32,000 nucleotides of DNA, from positions 360,001 to 392,000 of the forward strand of contig NC_013926.1 of assembly GCF_000025665.1 (NCBI RefSeq). Direction: 5' to 3'. Source of the DNA: Aciduliprofundum boonei T469. GTDB taxonomy: Archaea; Thermoplasmatota; Thermoplasmata; Thermoplasmatales; Aciduliprofundaceae. The notes beneath the pieces are model-generated. The model was not told the origin of the DNA. It saw nothing but the letters and a program-made list of their open reading frames with translations, and searched no databases. Both the position numbers and the translations under genes were made by a program. Below, in pieces: positions 26,408 to 32,000 of this stretch. Positions within the stretch are counted from its first letter, which is position 1. Each line of letters opens with the position of its first letter.

Positions 26408-29311
26408 ATGTCAGAAAAAAGAGGAAAGGTCACTGAAAGATCTTTATATCCAGCCATTATAGATCTATTAAAAAAAAGAGGTGCCGAAGGAGTCGAGGAG
26501 ATTAAATACGAATCTCAGCCAGATATAATCGCTGATTGGTTAGGAGCAAGATGGATTATTAGCATAAAAATAGGGAATTATACAAAAAGTATGTTCTTTA
26601 AAAATGCCATGATACAATATGCAAGGCATATAATTGATTCGGGTCTTAAATATGGAATGATTATATTTTTACCAGAGAGTATTAGAAATATTTCTGTAGA
26701 AGAGAAAGCTCTTTATAATGCTATCAGAAATAAAAAAGCTTATGTTATTTTAGATACTCCTGAAACTCAGAAAGAATTTTTAGATACCTTACCCAATATT
26801 TTTGAGGAAGTAGAAAGAATTTTAAAAGAGAAAATCAAATCCACATATAGTTTAAAAACGGTAATTACCCTTTTAAAAGAGCAAATCAATGATATTATGA
26901 AAGAGACTAGAATTACAGAGAAGGAAATGACCAATATAATTACAAGTGATGAATTGTTTCTTGGGATTAGTGCATCAAAACATAAGGATATAAAAGTAAT
27001 AAAGTTTATTTCGACATATATTTTTTTAACACAGGTTCTATTTGCTAGGTTATACGGTGTAGAACATCCAGCAATTTTAAGCGGTTTTGATATTAGAAAT
27101 ATAACTAAAGAAGGTATAAGAGAACTCTTTAGACGAATTACTGAGATAAATTATAGACCAATATATAAATTTGATATACTGGATACCATACCTGAACATT
27201 ATATAAAAGATACTTTCACTTTGATATGGAATTTAAAGATAGAAAATATTAGGTTTGAACTCCCAGGAAGATTATTTCATGAGCTTATGCCAAAAGAAAT
27301 TAAAAAAATGCTTGCTGCTTTTTATACTAGACCAATAGCTGCAGAAATTTTATCTTGTGTTACAATTAACAATGCTGAAGAAGTCGTATTTGATCCTGCT
27401 TGCGGTTCTGGTACGATACTGACTGCAGCATATAGAAGAAAACGAGAATTATGGAATAAACAAGAAGATCCTCACAAACTCTTTTGTGAAGAACAAATTT
27501 ATGGAACAGATATAATGCCATTTGCCGTAAATCTAACCACAGCTAATTTAGCATCTCTTAATCCTAAAATTACAATAGAAAAAATGAACATAGCAAGAGC
27601 TGATAGTCTTAAACTTGAACTAAACGTGCCTATTAAAAATGGTTTATCTAAATTAGAAAGATATGGTATACCTATCTCATCTAATATTAAAAGTAAGAAT
27701 ATGCAAGGTGATGAATATGATATGGTTCTAGACCTAATGGATGTTGTTCTAATGAATCCCCCATTTACAAAAATTGAAAGGGGAGTAAAGAAATATATAA
27801 AAATAGAGCGTTTCAAATCACGAGTTGGAGGAGAAATAGGATTATGGGGGCATTTTATAGCTTTGGCAGATATGATTCTTAAGCCAAATGGTATGTTTGG
27901 AGGGGTTATTCCTATTAATATATTGAGGGGAAGAGAAAGTGAAAAAGTAAGAAAAATAGTTTTTGAAGAGTGGTTACCTCTATATGTAATAAAATCAACA
28001 ATGAATTATGGTTTTTCTGAATCTTCTGAATATAGAGACATTCTAATAATAGCTAAAAAAACCAAATCAAAACCTATTAATCATAAAGTTAAGTTTGTTT
28101 TAATTAAAAAAGATCTAAATTCATTAAGCTTTAAAGATGTTAAGCGGATATGTGATAGGATTAAAACCTCATCAAAGTTAAATGACCCTCTACTAGAAAT
28201 AAGATCGTATTCTATGGAAGATATAAAAAAGCATTTTGTTAATATGATGTGGTTTATTAGTGGGTCATCTTTTGAATGGAAAGATAATCTTTTAAACATA
28301 ATAAGAAAATCCGAAATGGTGTTAGATTATTTCCCACATAGTGGTAATGGATATTTTATGGAAGGATATAGACCCGTACCAAAAGGTGTTTCTAAATTCA
28401 TGTTTATTACAAGACCTATTAATGAAAATAGGATCGATAAAGCCTTTTTAGTTCTCATCAAAGAAGATGATAAAAAAATATTCGCTGAAACAAAAATGAT
28501 GTATGAAATGAGTAAACTCAATGAACATTCAAAGAGTAGCATTTTCGATTTTGATAAAGATAAGTTTTTACTCACTATTAGAACACCCGTTGGATTGAAT
28601 ACAATGGATATTACAAATAAACATGATTATATTGCTATATCTCCTTATAAGGACATAGAAAAAATCCAGAGACTTTCAGGATTTAATAGTTCATTAAAAA
28701 ATAGTTATTGGAATAATATTAAAAAACAAATGAATAATATAAAAACTAAAATTATTGTAAGCCGTCGCATAAACCCTTATTCTCCAAATACACATTTGAT
28801 AGCTTTCTTCTCTGAAAATGATATTTTTCCTTCCAATCAAGTAAATGTGGTTGTAGAACCAGATCCAAGGAAGGCAAAAGCTGTGACCGTTTTATTAAAT
28901 TCAATATTTTTCTTGGCTTATTTCTTTAATCTTAAGGAAGAGACTACTGGGAGATATATAGATATTCGTTTTTATGATTTATACTCAATGAAACTGTATC
29001 CTACTACTAACACACAAATTGATAATTTAGTAAAAGTATTTAATAAATTTAAAGATGTAAATTTTCCTCCCTTAAGAGAGCAGCTTGATGAGCATTTTAC
29101 TGAAAGATATTCTGTATTCTGGAGCTCAGAAAGAAAAAAAATTAAGCCTTTGATACCTGTTGATTCTATAAAGCCGCATCCTGTACGACTAAAATTCGAT
29201 AAAGCCATAATAAAAGCTTTAAACTTATCAATTTCGCATGAAGAACTATTGCAAGCTTATAATGCAATAATAAACGATATGATTATTACCCGAGGATTAA
29301 AAAAAGATTGA
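26408..29311 (+). CDS. Large N6-adenine DNA methyltransferase, gamma-class, with N- and C-terminal extensions (type IIG/IIL-like single-chain R-M candidate)
   Basis: Motif I VFDPACGSGTILTAA is followed by motif IV LMNPPFTK. 967 aa. The N-terminal ~100 aa has a PD...(S)xK-like segment (QPDIIADWLGARWIISIK). The long C-terminal region could be a target-recognition domain. Confidence 0.75.
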   Translation: MSEKRGKVTERSLYPAIIDLLKKRGAEGVEEIKYESQPDIIADWLGARWIISIKIGNYTKSMFFKNAMIQYARHIIDSGLKYGMIIFLPESIRNISVEEKALYNAIRNKKAYVILDTPETQKEFLDTLPNIFEEVERILKEKIKSTYSLKTVITLLKEQINDIMKETRITEKEMTNIITSDELFLGISASKHKDIKVIKFISTYIFLTQVLFARLYGVEHPAILSGFDIRNITKEGIRELFRRITEINYRPIYKFDILDTIPEHYIKDTFTLIWNLKIENIRFELPGRLFHELMPKEIKKMLAAFYTRPIAAEILSCVTINNAEEVVFDPACGSGTILTAAYRRKRELWNKQEDPHKLFCEEQIYGTDIMPFAVNLTTANLASLNPKITIEKMNIARADSLKLELNVPIKNGLSKLERYGIPISSNIKSKNMQGDEYDMVLDLMDVVLMNPPFTKIERGVKKYIKIERFKSRVGGEIGLWGHFIALADMILKPNGMFGGVIPINILRGRESEKVRKIVFEEWLPLYVIKSTMNYGFSESSEYRDILIIAKKTKSKPINHKVKFVLIKKDLNSLSFKDVKRICDRIKTSSKLNDPLLEIRSYSMEDIKKHFVNMMWFISGSSFEWKDNLLNIIRKSEMVLDYFPHSGNGYFMEGYRPVPKGVSKFMFITRPINENRIDKAFLVLIKEDDKKIFAETKMMYEMSKLNEHSKSSIFDFDKDKFLLTIRTPVGLNTMDITNKHDYIAISPYKDIEKIQRLSGFNSSLKNSYWNNIKKQMNNIKTKIIVSRRINPYSPNTHLIAFFSENDIFPSNQVNVVVEPDPRKAKAVTVLLNSIFFLAYFFNLKEETTGRYIDIRFYDLYSMKLYPTTNTQIDNLVKVFNKFKDVNFPPLREQLDEHFTERYSVFWSSERKKIKPLIPVDSIKPHPVRLKFDKAIIKALNLSISHEELLQAYNAIINDMIITRGLKKD

Positions 29312-29329
29312 GTTCAATTAGTTCAAGTC

Positions 29330-29342
29330 TTTTTATTTTTTT
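29330..29342 (+). terminator. Oligo-T tract, candidate archaeal terminator after the methyltransferase gene
   Basis: TTTTTATTTTTTT lies 19 nt after the stop codon, just inside the right TIR. Confidence 0.35.
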
Positions 29343-29363
29343 GTGTTTAAATAGATATTTATA

Positions 29364-29399
29364 AAAAGGGAACTTAAGAGGGGATATATATATATCCCC
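29364..29399. repeat. Right terminal inverted repeat
   Basis: AAAAGGGAACTTAAGAGGGGATATATATATATCCCC. The terminal 20 nt (29380..29399) form a perfect palindrome. Confidence 0.9.
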
Positions 29400-29414
29400 C
29401 CCCACTACGAGGAG
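29400..29414. repeat. Target-site duplication, right copy (CCCCACTACGAGGAG)
   Basis: Identical to 20309..20323. Confidence 0.85.
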
Positions 29415-29487
29415 ACACCTACGATTAAGTCCCCCTTTGGGACTAACTCGCAGCTTTTGCTGCTCGTTTCCCCCTCTACCCTCTTCC

Positions 29488-29580
29488 CTAAGGGATAGGT
29501 GCTTTACCTCCCAAAGAAGAAAAGTGTTTTATCCCAAAAGAAAAAAGTTCCTTTAAAAAGCAGCTTTACCCCCAGAGAAA
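29488..29580 (+). repeat. Degenerate tandem units related to the tRNA-intron core (GGTGCTTTACC...AAAG-AAAA)
   Basis: Successive units: GGTGCTTTACCTCCCAAAGAAGAAAA / GTGTTTTATCCCAAAAGAAAAAA / GTTCCTTTAAAAA / GCAGCTTTACCCCCAGAGAAAA. Confidence 0.4.
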
Positions 29581-29646
29581 ATTTGCTTTTTCTATTCTAG
29601 AAATTAAAGAAAAAAAGCAATATATTCAAAAATATTTCAGATACAT

Positions 29647-31020
29647 ATGAAAAGATTTCCAAAGGTGAAAGTTATCACACTTATAGTGGTTTTGCTCTTA
29701 TTATCTATTACTGCAGGATATTATATTTTAAACACCAACAAAATAAAAATTTTGGAGTGTGGGTATTTCTTTGGTGCCAATCCCAAAAATCCTAATCAAA
29801 CAATAACCTACATTTATTTGAAATTATCTGCGCCTGTTCATAATGGGGATATTATCCATATTTACAAAAATGAAAGCGATTTTTACTATAACTTGGTGAC
29901 TTGGAAGGTTAATCGCACACAGGATGGCAAAACCAATATAACCATACCGCTTGATATGCTTGATAATCTCAATGGCTCCATGGACATTTATATAAAGAGA
30001 GGTAGTTCTTATCTTTACAGGGGAAAAATATCGTTTTCTGTACACCCCCACCTTGATGTATCCGTGACAAATATACATGTTCGTCCTGTAAGTGCCAAAT
30101 ACGCGTACATAACAAATGTGCATCTCTTAATAAAGTCTCAAAGACCAATTTATATATGTGGATTGAATTTTACAGTGTTTAATATGAATATCTACAAGGA
30201 GGTTAATAGTGTGATTTATGGTGTAAAGAAGGTTAATATAAGTGTGTCTCCTGGAAAGGTTGTACAACTTGTGCAAAAGGGCATCGTGCCTGTGAAGATT
30301 ACACTTCTCTATCCAGCATATCCCGATAATCTTGATAAGCCAGAGAAATATCCCGTTGATAGTGAATGTGTAATCAATTTCACTTACCCTCCTGTTGTTA
30401 TAACTAATTTCTCGATTTATAATTCTTCGTCATATCCGTCATATATCTTCCTTTTATTTCAACTCAGCAGATTTCCTGATTATCCGGTCCACATTATAGT
30501 TTACAAACTCAATGGTACAATTATAGGAGAAGGATATGGTGTTGGAATAGGTAAAAATGATACTGTATTCATATCCGTACCCTTCCCCCCTAATTATAAT
30601 TTCAACGGCACATATGTTGCAGTTTTAGAAGACAATTACGGATTTGCCCTTAATAGCCTTACATTTACTCTCAAATCTGGGCCACTTAAGTTAATTTCTC
30701 ACGAAGAAATATTTAATGAAACAAATGACCCCAATAAAGTGATTTTGAGATCACTAGTCCTTAAACTGGAGAATCTTGGAAATTTCAACTTCTACATAAC
30801 ACACTATGAATATAAGATAAGTTTTATTTCAAATGGCACCGTTGCTGCATCAGGGGACTATACTTGGTTCTATCAAGCGATACCCCCCAGAAAATTTACT
30901 AATGTAACCCTTCCATTTTATGTGCACCTCATTAAAGGAAAAACTTATAAAATTTCCCTTACATTTGAAGGTGGCAACAAGAATGTCAAATGCACGATTG
31001 ATTACACTTTTAAAGCGTAA
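29647..31020 (+). CDS. Secreted or surface protein with an N-terminal signal/anchor and many N-glycosylation sequons
   Basis: N-terminal KVKVITLIVVLLLLSITAGYY. I count 16 N-x-S/T sequons in 457 aa. Beta-rich composition and no recognisable catalytic motif. Confidence 0.6.
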   Translation: MKRFPKVKVITLIVVLLLLSITAGYYILNTNKIKILECGYFFGANPKNPNQTITYIYLKLSAPVHNGDIIHIYKNESDFYYNLVTWKVNRTQDGKTNITIPLDMLDNLNGSMDIYIKRGSSYLYRGKISFSVHPHLDVSVTNIHVRPVSAKYAYITNVHLLIKSQRPIYICGLNFTVFNMNIYKEVNSVIYGVKKVNISVSPGKVVQLVQKGIVPVKITLLYPAYPDNLDKPEKYPVDSECVINFTYPPVVITNFSIYNSSSYPSYIFLLFQLSRFPDYPVHIIVYKLNGTIIGEGYGVGIGKNDTVFISVPFPPNYNFNGTYVAVLEDNYGFALNSLTFTLKSGPLKLISHEEIFNETNDPNKVILRSLVLKLENLGNFNFYITHYEYKISFISNGTVAASGDYTWFYQAIPPRKFTNVTLPFYVHLIKGKTYKISLTFEGGNKNVKCTIDYTFKA

Positions 31021-31142
31021 TTGTAAGAATGCGCTCCAGCACTTGAAAACTACAAGTTTTATTCATACAGGAGAAAGATTGAGGAGAATATTATTAGCTG
31101 CGTTCGCGGTTTCGGAGGAAATGAGGAAAATAGAAGAAAAGA

Positions 31143-32000
31143 TCATTCCATATGCTCTTTGAACCAATCAACTATCTCCTTCAATCTTATTTCTCTGTGC
31201 TTTGGCTTTCCACTGCGAGATAAATCGTGATTTTCGTGGGGAAATAGAACCATCTTTGTATCCACACCCTGCATCTTAAGGGCATAGAATAATTGATATG
31301 CTTCACTTATGGGGCATCTGTAATCCTCCTCGCTATGTATTATCAGCAGCGGAGTTTTTATATTCTTGGCATATTTCAATGGACTCATACTCCAATAATT
31401 CTCAAATCCTTCCCAGAGATCCTTACCGGCACCAATATAATCTTTGTTAAACCACGGCCCTATATCACTAGTGCCCCAGAAAGAGAGTTGGTTGCTTATG
31501 CTCCTCTGCGTAGCTGCAGCTCTGAATCTATCCGTATGCCCAACAATCCAGTTAGTCATAAATCCCCCATAAGAGCCTCCAGTAACAAATACCTTTTTCT
31601 TATCAATTGAATAATTCTCAAGCACAAAATCAAGAGCTTCCATCAAATCCTTGTAATCTCTATTTCCAAAATCACCTCTAATCTTCAAAGCAAATTCTTC
31701 AGAATAGCCAGATGAGCCACGGGGATTTGTGAAGATAACAGCAAATCCTTGAGAGAGGAAATAGTAGAACTCAAACATAAATGCATGGCCATAAGATGTT
31801 TTAGGTCCCCCATGAATCTCCAAAATAGCTGGATGTGGCCCTTTACCCTCTGGCAACAAGAGCCATCCCTCTACCTCTTCACCATCACTTACTTTCACTG
31901 TAAAATGCTCTCCTTTGGGCAATTTTAAGAACCTATTTAAATTGGTTATTCTTCTCTCTCTGTCCCTTTTTATAAAAACATCTGCAGGATGATTCATTTC
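31143..32000 (-). CDS. S9-family serine peptidase (prolyl oligopeptidase/acylaminoacyl-peptidase catalytic domain), possibly truncated by the window edge
   Basis: Nucleophile elbow GGSYGG, with downstream SEEDYRCP (Asp) and PHENHDL (His). There is an ATG at 31997, but the frame is still open to base 32000, so an upstream beta-propeller domain cannot be excluded. Confidence 0.8.
   Translation of the reverse strand, partial: EMNHPADVFIKRDRERRITNLNRFLKLPKGEHFTVKVSDGEEVEGWLLLPEGKGPHPAILEIHGGPKTSYGHAFMFEFYYFLSQGFAVIFTNPRGSSGYSEEFALKIRGDFGNRDYKDLMEALDFVLENYSIDKKKVFVTGGSYGGFMTNWIVGHTDRFRAAATQRSISNQLSFWGTSDIGPWFNKDYIGAGKDLWEGFENYWSMSPLKYAKNIKTPLLIIHSEEDYRCPISEAYQLFYALKMQGVDTKMVLFPHENHDLSRSGKPKHREIRLKEIVDWFKEHME

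Larger units (their letters stand above)
20324..29399. mobile_element. Casposon (Cas1-dependent, PolB-encoding self-synthesizing transposon), 9,076 bp
   Basis: 36-bp TIRs, a 15-bp TSD, a Cas1 homolog, family-B polymerase, HNH nuclease, HTH proteins and a methyltransferase. No Cas2, no CRISPR array and no other recombinase. Confidence 0.9.

Noticed and set aside
29311-29330. GTTCAATTAGTTCAAG short direct repeat after the methyltransferase stop as a regulatory element
   Set aside because: It contains only two 6-bp copies, which is indistinguishable from chance in AT-rich DNA. The adjacent oligo-T tract is the more likely functional signal.
20193-29414. Conventional tRNA-integrated provirus, plasmid or genomic island with a tyrosine integrase
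   Set aside because: No tyrosine or serine recombinase ORF is present. The ends are inverted repeats with a short 15-bp duplication rather than a long att direct repeat copying the tRNA 3' half. Cas1 is the only candidate integrase.
29488-29580. Possible CRISPR array near the cas1 gene
   Set aside because: The units are only about 13-28 bp long, degenerate, directly abutting with no unique spacers, and variable in length. No regular repeat-spacer periodicity exists anywhere in the window.
31997-31997. Treating ATG 31997 as the definite start of the S9 peptidase
   Set aside because: The frame is still open at the window edge, and S9 peptidases usually carry a long N-terminal propeller domain. 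The start cannot be decided from this window.

Overview
This is an archaeal chromosomal window. All three tRNA genes carry canonical 37/38 introns, Shine-Dalgarno sites are of the GGAGGTGAT type, and operons are compact with ATGA start/stop overlaps. The gene content and the tRNA-Pro junction match my recollection of Aciduliprofundum boonei (DHVE2, Thermoplasmata-related); I could not verify this here. Layout: (1) 1-10.4 kb holds housekeeping genes: a nadC-nadA-aspartate dehydrogenase NAD operon with a divergent HTH regulator, a tandem Lrp/AsnC regulator, endonuclease III, tRNA-Gln, an HD hydrolase, a TatD-like hydrolase, an SDR and tRNA-Arg. (2) 10.8-20.1 kb (minus strand) holds a 13-gene, translationally coupled Mrp-antiporter plus NuoBCDHI-like respiratory cluster of the Mbx/MBS type. 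(3) tRNA-Pro(UGG) lies at 20193..20313. (4) The key feature is a 9,076-bp casposon at 20324..29399. It has 36-bp terminal inverted repeats and is flanked by a perfect 15-bp target-site duplication that starts inside the 3' end of tRNA-Pro. It encodes a stand-alone Cas1 (casposase), a family-B DNA polymerase, an HNH nuclease, two HTH proteins and a 967-aa restriction-modification-like methyltransferase. The window contains no Cas2, no CRISPR array and no conventional recombinase. (5) 29.4-32 kb holds a repeat- and hairpin-rich intergenic region, a sequon-rich secreted protein and an S9-type serine peptidase that runs to the window edge. A secondary observation is that the three tRNA introns share a conserved core (GGTGCTTTACC-like), and this core recurs as degenerate tandem units just downstream of the casposon.
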